A stretch of DNA of 63,166 nt, the filler included. It is 5 parts of 5 records of this genome, joined end to end, with 100 filler letters (N's around TTAATTAATTAA, not from the genome) between each part and the next. Parts side by side here need not be neighbours in the genome. Positions count along the whole stretch, not along the records: positions 21,283 to 43,326 come from DRR723986_8941; positions 43,427 to 50,174 come from DRR723986_8959; 3 more parts are not named here. One strand, 5' to 3'. Shown here in pieces: positions 38,005 through 48,212 of the stretch (its first letter is position 1; each line of letters begins with the position of its first letter). The notes beneath the pieces are model-generated. The model was given only the letters and a program-made list of their open reading frames with translations. It was not told the DNA's origin and ran no database searches. The position numbers and the translations under genes were made by a program.

Positions 38005-39648
38005 TTATCTACCAATCCAAACAACTCTTTTAGGGTTGTTTTTTTTGTCTAAAATCTGATAGTCTTTAAACAGAAATTCGCTGGATTTAGTTAGGACCAC
38101 TTCTATTTTTCTCCCGAATCTATCGAGGGATAACTTAATAGTTGATTCAGATATTTCTTGCTTCTTGATGATATCTCCAATTTGGAGTTTGGAATACGCT
38201 TCGCTTTTTGGATGAACCTTCGCAACCTTACCATCCTCTGATTTGATGATTCCAAAATCTGAGGCTAAGCTATCTTCTTTACATTTTTTCGTGAGATCAA
38301 AACCAAGCGATGATAAGTGTTTCTCCACCAATGGGAAAATATCTTCTTTTCCTGCGATAAAGTCGTCGTAGAACTGATTGAAATAGATAGGATGGCTAGT
38401 CTGTGAAAGCACCACTTCCCATACTTCTTCCAGCGTATAGCCAATTTTCGTTTTGCCAAATTTCTTCCAAAGCATCTTCAGCACCTGATGAAGAGATGAA
38501 TTCTCATCCAAAAGCATTGCATCTAGACAAAACGCTATCAAAGCACCATGGGTGTAGATACTCACTTTTTTATCAGGTATTCCGGCCACATAGCCATCTA
38601 TCCAGAGATCAAAGCTGGACTCTAAGATGGATTGATTTTGCCAGCCGAAATTCACTGCTTCACGGTTCAGGACTTTTTCAAATGTTTGGAAATATTCCTC
38701 AAGGGAGAAGTATCCTGATCTCAACAAGAAAATATCTCCCATGTAAGTTGTGACTCCTTCTACCATCCATCCGGCTTCATGATAGGCTTCTTTGGAGAAA
38801 TCGTAAGGCATAATTTCGATAGGCCTGATCTGGCACACATTCCAGGCGTGATACAATTCGTGACAACTCACACCCATGAGTTCATTCCTATGCTTTCTTT
38901 CTGCCAAACTCTCAGCAGGGCCAAATGTAATCACCGTTCCGCGCTGATGCTCGACACCATGATAATGTGAATAGGGCAGAAGTTGATAGATGAAGTGGTA
39001 TTCCTCTACCGGAAACTCCCCGAAAGCCTCGATAAGCTTTTCTGCGAATCCCCTCACATCGGTTTTGAATTTTGAAAGGTCAAAGTGAATTTCTCCATTA
39101 AACCATAAATGGAATTTGACTTCATCGATTTCAAATGACTGGTGAGTTAAGCTTTGCGAAGCTAGAAAGGAGCTATCCGCTAAATGCTGAAAATTGGAGG
39201 CAAAATATTCATTGTTTTCGCTTTGTAGGGTAGTACAAGACTGAAAGTGCTGCCGGTGATTTATTTCTACTGTAATCCTTTCTTCGGAACGACCTTCCAC
39301 CTCAAAACAGCAATTAACAAAGTTCAGGTAAAGTTGCTCGTCATCGACCCAGCAAGAGCCCGCATCCATCTTAGCGCAGTAATATTCATAACGAATCTGG
39401 TACTCTCCCACATGGTCGGGACTGAATTCCCATAGATCTTTAGTCAACTTGGAATGAGAAATTGTGTCTCCATTTGGTGAGATAACTTGGAGACCTCGAA
39501 TATTTTGAACGTAATTTGAAAGCTGATAACGTCCTGCTCTCCAAGCGGGCAGCTGTAGTCGCACCTGTGAAAGATGCCTTACAGGAATGTATAGCGTGAT
39601 TTGTATGAATTGAGATACTGGATTTTGGGATTCTATTAGGAATTTCAT
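38005..39648 (-). CDS. M61 family metallopeptidase (glycyl aminopeptidase-like)
   Basis: LPAWRAGRY, HGVEH, HELYHAWN (HExxH), W.VEGVTTY, SIYTHGAL. Confidence 0.92.
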   Translation of the reverse strand: MKFLIESQNPVSQFIQITLYIPVRHLSQVRLQLPAWRAGRYQLSNYVQNIRGLQVISPNGDTISHSKLTKDLWEFSPDHVGEYQIRYEYYCAKMDAGSCWVDDEQLYLNFVNCCFEVEGRSEERITVEINHRQHFQSCTTLQSENNEYFASNFQHLADSSFLASQSLTHQSFEIDEVKFHLWFNGEIHFDLSKFKTDVRGFAEKLIEAFGEFPVEEYHFIYQLLPYSHYHGVEHQRGTVITFGPAESLAERKHRNELMGVSCHELYHAWNVCQIRPIEIMPYDFSKEAYHEAGWMVEGVTTYMGDIFLLRSGYFSLEEYFQTFEKVLNREAVNFGWQNQSILESSFDLWIDGYVAGIPDKKVSIYTHGALIAFCLDAMLLDENSSLHQVLKMLWKKFGKTKIGYTLEEVWEVVLSQTSHPIYFNQFYDDFIAGKEDIFPLVEKHLSSLGFDLTKKCKEDSLASDFGIIKSEDGKVAKVHPKSEAYSKLQIGDIIKKQEISESTIKLSLDRFGRKIEVVLTKSSEFLFKDYQILDKKNNPKRVVWIGR

Positions 39649-39691
39649 TGTGGTTAAGTTGAATGAATTCAAACAAATGTTATTTGGCTTG

Positions 39692-39722
39692 TTTGCATTT
39701 AAGGAAATGGTACTTATCTTTG
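39692..39722 (+). promoter_or_regulatory. Bacteroidota promoter for rpmH
   Basis: TTTG-N19-TATCTTTG (-33/-7 consensus). Confidence 0.7.
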
Positions 39723-39789
39723 CATTCCTTTTTGGGAGGCAAACCAAGGAGACTTAATCAAGCAAGCAATTAGATAAAGATATTCGATC

Positions 39790-39948
39790 ATGAAAAGAAC
39801 ATTTCAACCTTCTCGTAGAAAAAGAAAAAATAAGCACGGCTTTAAAGAAAGAATGTCTTCTGCTAACGGTAGAAGAGTACTGAAAGCTAGAAGAGCAAAA
39901 GGAAGACACAAGTTGACTGTTTCTTCTGAAAAGACATTGAAGAAGTAA
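39790..39948 (+). CDS. rpmH: 50S ribosomal protein L34 (52 aa; absent from the ORF track)
   Basis: Hand translation [52 protein letters not shown]; directly upstream of rnpA. Confidence 0.98.
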   Translation: MKRTFQPSRRKRKNKHGFKERMSSANGRRVLKARRAKGRHKLTVSSEKTLKK

Positions 39949-39996
39949 TTCTTAGCACTGATTTTCGTATGTTCACGTACGATTATAGTCCTTGTG

Positions 39997-40386
39997 ATGA
40001 ATTACAGACTCCCAAAAAGTGAGCGGCTTCATGCCGACAAACTTATCAAGGAACTTTTTAACGAAGGTTCCTCTTTTTTTTTGTACCCCTTTAAAGTCCA
40101 ATTTTTTGTTAAAAAGGACCTGGGTAGTGGAACCTCTCAGGTGCTTTTCTCCGTTTCGAAGAAGAAGATCAAAAAGGCTGTCGGGCGAAACTTCGTAAAA
40201 CGAAGGATGCGCGAGGCCTATAGGCTTAACAAAGCGTTGATTCCTCCCACAGCCCCAGCTATGTCGATTGGCTTAATTTATGTAAGTTCCGATCTGATGG
40301 AATTTTCAGAAATTCAGACTAAAATTATCCTGGCTTTAAAGAAACTTGCCACTATTGTAAGCGAAAACCAAAAACAGCATGCATAA
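39997..40386 (+). CDS. rnpA: Ribonuclease P protein component
   Basis: LPKSERL, SVSKKKIKKAVGRNFVKRRMREAYRLNK. Confidence 0.95.
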   Translation: MNYRLPKSERLHADKLIKELFNEGSSFFLYPFKVQFFVKKDLGSGTSQVLFSVSKKKIKKAVGRNFVKRRMREAYRLNKALIPPTAPAMSIGLIYVSSDLMEFSEIQTKIILALKKLATIVSENQKQHA

Positions 40387-42040
40387 ATCATTGAAAAAAT
40401 CCCTGCTGATCTTCCTACTGGGAGCAATTGCACTTACCGGATTTTTTGCATTCAATCCTAAGAACGACAAGCTATTTGCGATAGCTAAGAACATTGATAT
40501 TTTCGCTACACTCATACGTGAACTAGACTCCTACTATGTGGATGATATTGATCCAGATGAATTAGTGACCATCGGTATCAATGCGATGTTGGAGGAATTG
40601 GATCCTTATACGACTTATGTTCCTGAGGAGGATTCGGATGATTATCGAATGATGACGACTGGGGAATATGCTGGGATTGGTGCTTTGATAGGAAATCGGG
40701 GAGAAGGAAGCATGGTAATCATGCCTTATACGGGGTTTCCTGCGCAAACGGTCGGCCTGAAGATAGCTGATTATATATTGAAAATAGACTCTACTGACGT
40801 GACGACCTTGGGAACGTCAGATGTTTCTACACTTCTTAAAGGCCCTGCTAATACGCCTGTGCATCTTCAAATTAAAAGAGATCAGGATACGCTTGAGTTT
40901 GATGTGATTCGTAAGAAAATAGCGATCAAGAATGTTCCTTATTACGGAAAATTGAACGACAATACAGGTTATATTAAGTTAGCCGAGTTCACTACCAATG
41001 CTTCTACGGAAGTAAGAAATGCGCTTGTTGATTTGAAAAGCCAGGGAATAGATAGGCTGGTGCTGGATGTAAGAGATAATCCAGGTGGATTAGTCAACGA
41101 AGCTGTTGAGATTATTAATCTTTTTATTCCTAAAGGAAAAGAAGTAGTCAAAACTATCGGCAAGCTTGAAAATGTGAATTACACCTATAAGACAAGTAAA
41201 ACTCCCGTCGATAAGGATATTCCTATGGTTGTTTTGCTCAATGAGCACAGTGCTTCTGCATCAGAAATCGTAGCTGGCACGCTTCAGGATTACGATCGTG
41301 CTGTGTTGATCGGGAGAAAGTCATTTGGCAAAGGCTTGGTGCAGACTACTGTTCCTTTAACTTATAATGCTCAGATGAAAGTCACTACGGCTAAGTATTA
41401 TATTCCAAGTGGTCGCTGTATTCAAGCCATTGACTATTTGCAAAGTAGAGAAAGCAACGAGTTGGTGACTGTTCCAGATTCATTGAGAAAGGCATTTCAA
41501 ACCAAAAACGGGAGAACAGTATTGGATGGGGCAGGAATTGAGCCTGATGAGAGCGTAGAACAAAAAAGCTATGCGCCGATTTCATATAGTTTGGTTGCGA
41601 GAAATCATGTGTTTGATTATGGTACGAAGTATTTCTATGATCATCCTCAGATTGCAGATGCAGCCACTTTTGAGATTTCAGATTCAGACTATGCTGATTT
41701 CGTGAGTTGGCTAGAAGGAAAAGAGTACGATTACACCACCTACTTAGAGAAATCTGTGGAGGACATGCGCAAGAATGCTGAAAAGGTAGATTACTACGAT
41801 GAGATCAAGGCGCAGATTGATTCTCTCGAAAAGAGAGTTAATCACAGTAAAGAGCAAGATTTGGTGACTAATAAAGAAGAGATAAAGAAAATTCTTTCTC
41901 AGGAGATAGTTTCCAGGTATTATTTTCAAGAAGGAATGATTGAATCAGGATTGCAGGATGACCAGGATGTAATGTTGGCGAAAGAGTATTTGAAGGATCT
42001 TGAGAAAGTAAAAATGGTTTTAACAGCCTCATCAAAATAA
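40379..42040 (+). CDS. S41A carboxyl-terminal processing protease
   Basis: LDPYT, GIGA (PDZ), LDVRDNPGGL, SASASEIVAG, FGKGLVQ. Confidence 0.95.
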   Translation: MHKSLKKSLLIFLLGAIALTGFFAFNPKNDKLFAIAKNIDIFATLIRELDSYYVDDIDPDELVTIGINAMLEELDPYTTYVPEEDSDDYRMMTTGEYAGIGALIGNRGEGSMVIMPYTGFPAQTVGLKIADYILKIDSTDVTTLGTSDVSTLLKGPANTPVHLQIKRDQDTLEFDVIRKKIAIKNVPYYGKLNDNTGYIKLAEFTTNASTEVRNALVDLKSQGIDRLVLDVRDNPGGLVNEAVEIINLFIPKGKEVVKTIGKLENVNYTYKTSKTPVDKDIPMVVLLNEHSASASEIVAGTLQDYDRAVLIGRKSFGKGLVQTTVPLTYNAQMKVTTAKYYIPSGRCIQAIDYLQSRESNELVTVPDSLRKAFQTKNGRTVLDGAGIEPDESVEQKSYAPISYSLVARNHVFDYGTKYFYDHPQIADAATFEISDSDYADFVSWLEGKEYDYTTYLEKSVEDMRKNAEKVDYYDEIKAQIDSLEKRVNHSKEQDLVTNKEEIKKILSQEIVSRYYFQEGMIESGLQDDQDVMLAKEYLKDLEKVKMVLTASSK

Positions 42041-42045
42041 AGAGT

Positions 42046-42735
42046 ATGGCAGTTATTCTTTCTTTGGAGACTTCTACACCGATATGTTCTATAGCACTAC
42101 ATGAAAGTGGAACATTGATAAGAGAGAAGTCACTTGATCTCCCGGGAGCTCATTCAGAAAAGCTCATGGGGATGATAGATACTCTTTTGGACGAATGTCA
42201 ATTTACCGTAGAAGATGTAGAGGCTGTTGCTGTATCTGAAGGACCTGGATCCTACACAGGATTGAGAATTGGAGTTTCGGTTGCCAAAGGATTGGCGTTT
42301 GCCAGAGAAATTCCTTTGATAGCAATCAGTACCTTGAAAGCAATGGCTTATGGTACGAAATCTTATGTAAATGACAATGGGCTGATCGTGGCAATGCTCG
42401 ATGCGAGACGGATGGAAGTTTATCGGGAAGTTTTCGATCAGGAATTACACTCAGTTAACAAACTTGACTCTGAAATCATCGACGAGGAATCATTCACTTG
42501 TTTGCTTGATAGGGGTAAGGTGTATTTTGTAGGGGATGCTGTAAAAAAAGTGTCGGAGGTTATCCTGCACCCAAATGCTGTTTTTTTAGATATTCCAATT
42601 TCAGCGAATTATGTAGGGGCATTGGGTTATGAGAAGTTTCAAAGAGAAGAATTTGCCGACTTGGCTTATTTCGTCCCAAATTACCTGAAAGAGTTTAAAG
42701 CTCTTCAATCAAAAAAGAATCCATTGCTAATATGA
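42046..42735 (+). CDS. tsaB: tRNA t6A37 biosynthesis protein TsaB
   Basis: LETST, HSEKL, GPGSYTGLRIG, LDARRMEVY. Confidence 0.96.
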   Translation: MAVILSLETSTPICSIALHESGTLIREKSLDLPGAHSEKLMGMIDTLLDECQFTVEDVEAVAVSEGPGSYTGLRIGVSVAKGLAFAREIPLIAISTLKAMAYGTKSYVNDNGLIVAMLDARRMEVYREVFDQELHSVNKLDSEIIDEESFTCLLDRGKVYFVGDAVKKVSEVILHPNAVFLDIPISANYVGALGYEKFQREEFADLAYFVPNYLKEFKALQSKKNPLLI

Positions 42736-43241
42736 GCGAGATAGTTAATAGAGTAGCGAGTAGCCCGCTTATCACGATCAATCTGGAAGAAATCTATCCT
42801 CGGGAAGAGCGAGTGGTTTTTGACCTGAAGCCATTTCTATTTCAGGAATTGATCTTAAGAGAAAAAGACTTTCGTGCCGCTCTGAAGGAAATTAATTGGA
42901 CTCAGTATGAAAAAAAATGGGTCGCGATTACCTGTACAGTAGATGCTATAGTACCAAATTGGGCTTTTATGTTAGTAGCTACCTATCTCAATTCCATTGC
43001 CCGTGGCTTTGCTATTGGTGATTTAAAGGAGCTTGAAGTGATGATTTCCGAAGATTGTCTAAGAAAATTAGATTTAGAATCTTTCGTAGATAGGCCAGTT
43101 GTGGTCAAAGGGTGCAGTGATTTCCCTATTCCTTTATTCGCCTACGGCAAAATAATTTCTCTTATACAGAGCCGTGCAAAATCCATAATGTTCGGAGAGC
43201 CTTGTAGTACTGTACCACTCTACAAAAAACAAAAGTCCTGA
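42732..43241 (+). CDS. DUF2480 family protein
   Basis: EIVNRVASS.L, ILREKDFR, DAIVP.WA.ML, KSIMFGEPCSTVPLYKK. Confidence 0.85.
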   Translation: MSEIVNRVASSPLITINLEEIYPREERVVFDLKPFLFQELILREKDFRAALKEINWTQYEKKWVAITCTVDAIVPNWAFMLVATYLNSIARGFAIGDLKELEVMISEDCLRKLDLESFVDRPVVVKGCSDFPIPLFAYGKIISLIQSRAKSIMFGEPCSTVPLYKKQKS

Positions 43242-43326
43242 TAATTAAAGCACTGCGAAAATCCATCTAATTTTTTGCGATTTTCTTTGTTATGATTCTT
43301 GCCGATAAATAAAAAAGGTAGATATT

Positions 43327-43426
43327 NNNNNNNNNNNNNNNNNNNNNNNNNNNNNNNNNNNNNNNNNNNNTTAATTAATTAANNNNNNNNNNNNNNNNNN
43401 NNNNNNNNNNNNNNNNNNNNNNNNNN
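43327..43426. other. Artificial contig spacer
   Basis: N44-TTAATTAATTAA-N44. Confidence 0.99.
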
Positions 43427-44147
43427 GCAGGAACTTGGCGTAGGTCCAGCCCTTGTCGACCTCGCCGATCAGCGCGTCCTCGGGGATCTCGACGCCGTCG
43501 AGGAAGACCGTGTTCACCGAATGCGCCCCGTCGATCGAGATCACCGGATGCACGGTGATGCCCGGCGCATCCATCGGCACGACGAACAGCGACAGCCCCG
43601 CCTGCGGCTTTACCTCCGGGTTGGTGCGCGCCAGAAGGATCATGTGGTCGGCGAATTGGCCCTCGGTGGTCCATGCCTTCTGACCGTTCACGACCCAGCC
43701 CGTGTCTGTACGCTTCGCCGTGGTCTTCAGGCGGGCGAGGTCGGAGCCGGCCTCGGGTTCCGAATAGCCCTGACACCAGAAGTCCGCGCCCGACAGGATG
43801 CCCGGCAGGTAGCGCGCCTTCTGCGCCTCGGAGCCGAAGGCGTTCAGCGTCGGCCCCACGAGGTAGACGCCGAAGACCGAGAGCGGCGGCGCATCGGCCC
43901 GCGCCAGTTCCGCCTCGAAGAGAAAGCGGCGGATCGGCGTCCAGCCGGTCCCGCCGGCCTCCTCGGGCCAGTGGTGCGCGGACCAGCCCTCGGCCCCGAG
44001 GATGGCGTTCCACTCGGCCATGGTCTCGCGTGTCATGTGCAGATGCGTGCGCGTCTCGCGCTTCAGATGCTCCGGCAGGATCTCGGCCAGTCGGGCGCGG
44101 ACGTGATCGCGGAACGCAAGGTCTTCTGCGGTGAAGAGATGATCCAT
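43427..44147 (-). CDS. Acyl-CoA dehydrogenase, 5' part (truncated)
   Basis: FWCQGYSEPEAGSDLA, VNGQKAWTT; GGGAGG RBS before ATG at 44147. Confidence 0.93.
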
Positions 44148-44212
44148 CTCGGCCTCCCATGCTTGGGCGTCAGTTGAGGCGCGCGCGCGCCGGGGAACAA
44201 GGCGGGGGCTGG

Positions 44213-44635
44213 CTACGCGTCCAGACCACTTGCCGCGAAGGGCGCCAGCGCGGCACGGTGGCTCTCGGCCAGCGGCGCCGACCGCCGAGCGGCGCGGTCG
44301 GCCATGACGGTGACGGATGTCGAGGTGCAGCACAGCGTCTCGCCCCGCCACAACTCCTGCCGCATGGCGATGGAGGACCGGCCCAGCCGCGTCACCCCGG
44401 TGGCCACGCGCGGGCGGTCGAACATGACGATCTCGGCGCGGAAGCCGATGTTCAGATCGACCAGCGCAAAATACAGCCCCGGCCCGCAGAGCGGAAAGAG
44501 ATGCTCGCGCAGCAGCATGTAGCGGGCGTCGTCGAACCACGCGCAGATCACCGAATTGGTGACGTGATCGTTGGGGTCTAGGTCGGCGTGGCGGACCATG
44601 ACCTCTGTCCAGTGGGGCAGCGTGCTGTCGCTCAC
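44213..44635 (-). CDS. Acyl-CoA thioesterase (4HBT/YbgC-like hotdog)
   Basis: VRHADLDPNDHVTNS, RLGRSS. Confidence 0.88.
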   Translation of the reverse strand: MSDSTLPHWTEVMVRHADLDPNDHVTNSVICAWFDDARYMLLREHLFPLCGPGLYFALVDLNIGFRAEIVMFDRPRVATGVTRLGRSSIAMRQELWRGETLCCTSTSVTVMADRAARRSAPLAESHRAALAPFAASGLDA

Positions 44636-45615
44636 GGGATCAGCACCAGCGCGCCGGTGGTCTGGCCGGATTCCAGTGCCCGATGCGCCACGCCGATCTC
44701 GGCCAGCGGGTAGGTCCGGCCGATCACGGGTTTGACCGCGCCACTGGCGACCATGGCAAAGACCTCATCGGCGGCGCGCTGCAAATCGGGGTGGGTGCGG
44801 ATATAGGCGAAGACCCCCGGCACAGAGACGGTCAGCGACTTCTGCGGCCCAAGGTCGGCCAGCTTCACCGCGTCCAGCGGCTGCCCCACCTGCCCGAGGT
44901 TGATGGCATGGCCGAAGGGCGCGAGGCAGGTCAGCGAGCGGGTCAGGATATCGCCGCCCAAGCCCTCGTAGACCACATCCGCGCCGCGACCATCGGTCAG
45001 GCGCAGGGTCTCTTCGGCGAAGTCATTCTCCTTATAAAGGATCACCGAGTCGCAGCCCTGCGCGCGGGCCAGCTTTGCCTTGGCCTCTGATCCCACGGTG
45101 CCGATCACCCGCGCGCCAAGCGCCTTGGCCCATTGCGAAAGAAGGCTGCCGAGGCCCCCGGCGGCGGCATGGATCAGCACCGTGTCGCCCTCGGCCAGGG
45201 GCCGCACCCGCGTCATCAGCATGTGCACGGTCAGGCCCTTTAGCATCAGCGTGGCGGCGACCTCGTCCGATATGTGGTCCGGCAGGCGGACCAGCGCGGC
45301 GGCGGGCATCACCCGGTGGCTGACCGCGCTGCCCACCGGCGGGCCGGCATAGGCCACGCGACAGCCTTCGGCAAAGCCGGTCACGCCCTCGCCCATCGAC
45401 AGGACCGTGCCCGCCGCCTCGACCCCCACAGATCCCGGCAGCGCGGGGATCGGGAAGACGCCCTTGCGGTGGTAGACGTCGATGAAGTTCACCCCCACGG
45501 CGGTCTGGCGCAGCAACACCTGCCCGGGGCCGGGGTCGGGCAGATCCGCGGCCACGCGGGCGAATTCCTCGGCCCCGCCATGGCGGGCGATCTGCATCTC
45601 GTAGGGGTCGGTCAT
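44632..45615 (-). CDS. NADPH:quinone oxidoreductase (zeta-crystallin MDR)
   Basis: GVNFID.Y.R.G, GVEAAG, LKGLT, HAAAGGLG. Confidence 0.92.
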   Translation of the reverse strand: MTDPYEMQIARHGGAEEFARVAADLPDPGPGQVLLRQTAVGVNFIDVYHRKGVFPIPALPGSVGVEAAGTVLSMGEGVTGFAEGCRVAYAGPPVGSAVSHRVMPAAALVRLPDHISDEVAATLMLKGLTVHMLMTRVRPLAEGDTVLIHAAAGGLGSLLSQWAKALGARVIGTVGSEAKAKLARAQGCDSVILYKENDFAEETLRLTDGRGADVVYEGLGGDILTRSLTCLAPFGHAINLGQVGQPLDAVKLADLGPQKSLTVSVPGVFAYIRTHPDLQRAADEVFAMVASGAVKPVIGRTYPLAEIGVAHRALESGQTTGALVLIP

Positions 45616-45768
45616 GGCGGCTGTCCTCTTTCGGTCGCCCCTCTTGTCGGGCGCTGAGGGGCCGACCGACAACCCGACTGGTGGTCCTGCGGAAAGACCA
45701 AACCCGCCCTGATACAGGGCGCCGACATGCGTCAGGATGGGCCCCAACGAACGACACGGAGCGCCCCG

Positions 45769-47349
45769 ATGACACCCCAGCCCGACCTACTGACCCTGAC
45801 GGTGCCCGCCCTGCTGAGACACCGCGCCGCCACCGCGCCCGAGGTGACGGCGCTGTCGGTGCGCTCTCACGCCGGGTGGCGCGACCGGCTGAGCTATGCG
45901 CAGCTTGAGGACCGGATGGACCGCATGGCCGCGGGGCTACATGCGGAGGGCCTGCGGCCCGGCGACCGGCTGGCGGTCTTCCTCGACAACTGGGCCGGGC
46001 GCGAGGCGGTGCTGAGCGCGCTGGGGGCGCTGCGGCTGGGCGCCGCCGTCAGCCCGATCAACACGCGCTATGCCGACGCGGCGCTGACCCATGCGCTGGG
46101 GCTGGTGGCGCCGCAGATCGTGGTCTGTCCGCCCGACGCGGCCGAGCGCCTTGCGCGGCTCTGCCCCGGCGCGCGGCTGCTGGTGGTGGGGGCGGACTGC
46201 GCCGACCGCTGGCCCGACCCGGCGGAACAGGCCACCGTTGCCCCGCCCCTGCCCGACCCCACGGACCCCGCGACGCCGGGTCCCTTGTTGTTCACATCCG
46301 GCACCACGGCGCTGCCCAAGGCGGTGATCCACACCCATGGCTCGATGATCGCGGCGGGGCTGGCCTGCGGCACGGCGCTGGGGCTGCGGCCCGGCGACCT
46401 CTATCACGGCGGCTGGCCCTTCTCGACCAGTTCGGGGCTGAACCTCGGCTGCGCCTCGGCATGGGCCACCGGCGGCGGGCTGGTGCTGGAGGAACCGCTC
46501 GACAACGTCGGGCGTCTCGCGCTGATCGCGTCCGAGCGGTCGACCTTCTACCACGGCGTTCCCTCGGTGGTGCATTTCCTCGTCGAGGAAACCGCGCGCG
46601 GCAGCCACGACCTGTCCTCGCTGAGGCGCGTGGGCTACGGCGGCTCTGCCATGCCGCGCCGCGTGGTCGAGCGGCTGGATGCGCTCTGGCCACATGTCGA
46701 GCAGGTGCAGATCTACGGCATGACCGAAAGCGGTCCCTCGGGCACGGTCCTGGCCCCCGAAGAGCGCTACAGCCGCTTCGGCTCCGTCGGGCGGGCGATG
46801 CCGCATTGCGCCGTGCGGGTGGTGGATGCCGAAGGCCGCGACCGCGCCCCCGGCGAGGACGGCGAGATCGTGCTCTGCGGTCCCGCCGTCGCGCAGGGCT
46901 ACCTGTCGAACCCCGAGGCCACGGCCAAGGCCTTTGCCTGCGGCGGCATCCGCACCGGCGACGTGGGCCATCTGGACGAGGACGGCTATCTCTATTTCAC
47001 CGACCGGCTGAAGGACATCATCAACCGGGGCGGCATGAAGATCGCCTCCATCGCCGTCGAAGAGGCGCTTTATGCACATCCGGCGATCCGCGAGGCCGCC
47101 GCCGTGGCGGTCCCGCATGACGCGCTTGGCGAGGACATCGGCGCCTGTCTGGTGGCGGAACCGGGCATGGCTTTGGACCTCGACGAGATCGCGCGCTTCT
47201 GCCGCGAGAGGCTGGCGGATTACGAGGTGCCGCGCCACTGGCGCGTGCTGGACGCGCTGCCCAAGAACGCCATGGGCAAGGTGCTGAAGGCAGACCTGCG
47301 CGGGCGGTTCCTGAAGACCCCGGCAGAGGTGGGTGGTCCCGCCGCCTAG
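45769..47349 (+). CDS. Acyl-CoA ligase (class I adenylate-forming, CaiC/MenE-like)
   Basis: FTSGTTALPK, YGMTE, RTGD, LPKNAMGKVLK. Confidence 0.92.
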   Translation: MTPQPDLLTLTVPALLRHRAATAPEVTALSVRSHAGWRDRLSYAQLEDRMDRMAAGLHAEGLRPGDRLAVFLDNWAGREAVLSALGALRLGAAVSPINTRYADAALTHALGLVAPQIVVCPPDAAERLARLCPGARLLVVGADCADRWPDPAEQATVAPPLPDPTDPATPGPLLFTSGTTALPKAVIHTHGSMIAAGLACGTALGLRPGDLYHGGWPFSTSSGLNLGCASAWATGGGLVLEEPLDNVGRLALIASERSTFYHGVPSVVHFLVEETARGSHDLSSLRRVGYGGSAMPRRVVERLDALWPHVEQVQIYGMTESGPSGTVLAPEERYSRFGSVGRAMPHCAVRVVDAEGRDRAPGEDGEIVLCGPAVAQGYLSNPEATAKAFACGGIRTGDVGHLDEDGYLYFTDRLKDIINRGGMKIASIAVEEALYAHPAIREAAAVAVPHDALGEDIGACLVAEPGMALDLDEIARFCRERLADYEVPRHWRVLDALPKNAMGKVLKADLRGRFLKTPAEVGGPAA

Positions 47350-47398
47350 CGCCGGGCAGCATCGGCCCGACGCTGCGAGGCTCGGGCGGAGTCCGAGG

Positions 47399-48160
47399 TC
47401 AGGCCAGCCCCGCCTCGACCGGCAGGCAGGTGCCGGTGATGCCCGCCGCCAGCGGCGAGGCGAGGAAACAGGCGGCATGGGCCACGTCTGCCTCCGTCGC
47501 CAGCCGCCCCAGCGCGGTCTCGGCCTCGAGGGCCGCGATGGCCTGTTCCACCGGCGTTCCGCCCTGCGCCGCGCGCGTCTCGATCCGGCCGCGCAGGGCG
47601 TCGGTCAGGATCGGCCCCGGCGCGATGGCGTTCACCCGCACCCCGTCGCGGCCCATGTCCAGCGCCGCGGCCCGCATCAGGCCCAGCACCGCGTGTTTCG
47701 TCGCGGTATAAAGCGCCTGATCCGGATGCGCCGCGTAGGCATTGATCGAGGCCGTCACGACCGCCGAACCCTGCGCCTCTGCCAGCCGGGGGGCCGCGCA
47801 TTTCAGCGACAGCGCCACGCCGCGCACGTTCAGCGCAAAGACGCGGTCCCATTCCGCCATGTCCAGCGCCGCGATCCGGCGCCACGGCGGCACCATGCCC
47901 GCATTGGCCACCAGCACGTCGAGCCGGTTCAGCCCGGCCACGGCTTCGCTGAACCGTGCCTCTGCATCCGCTGCCAGCAGGTCCATGGGCCACGCCTGCC
48001 AGCCCTCGGGCAGGGGCGCGTCCTCCAGCACAGCAGCGAGGTCCAGCACCACGACAGAGGCCCCCGCCCCGGCCAGCGCCGCGGCGATGGCCCGACCAAG
48101 GCCCCGCGCGCCGCCGGTCACGAGGGCGGTCTTGCCGGTAAAGTCGATCATGTCGCCCAC
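47399..48160 (-). CDS. Short-chain dehydrogenase/reductase
   Basis: TGGARGLG, VANAG, YTATK, VRVNAIAPG. Alternative start at 48151. Confidence 0.93.
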   Translation of the reverse strand: MGDMIDFTGKTALVTGGARGLGRAIAAALAGAGASVVVLDLAAVLEDAPLPEGWQAWPMDLLAADAEARFSEAVAGLNRLDVLVANAGMVPPWRRIAALDMAEWDRVFALNVRGVALSLKCAAPRLAEAQGSAVVTASINAYAAHPDQALYTATKHAVLGLMRAAALDMGRDGVRVNAIAPGPILTDALRGRIETRAAQGGTPVEQAIAALEAETALGRLATEADVAHAACFLASPLAAGITGTCLPVEAGLA

Positions 48161-48212
48161 CTTCGATTCAGCCCAAAGCGCGCGCCCCTCTCCCGGAGGG
48201 GCGCGCTGCCGT

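Noticed and set aside
39790-40386. rpmH-rnpA as a marker of the replication origin
   Set aside because: No dnaA, dnaN or yidC adjacent, and no DnaA-box cluster noticed.
44632-45615. MDR oxidoreductase as acryloyl-CoA reductase AcuI
   Set aside because: It has Qor-type GVNFID and LKGLT motifs rather than the NYKD motif of AcuI/YhdH.
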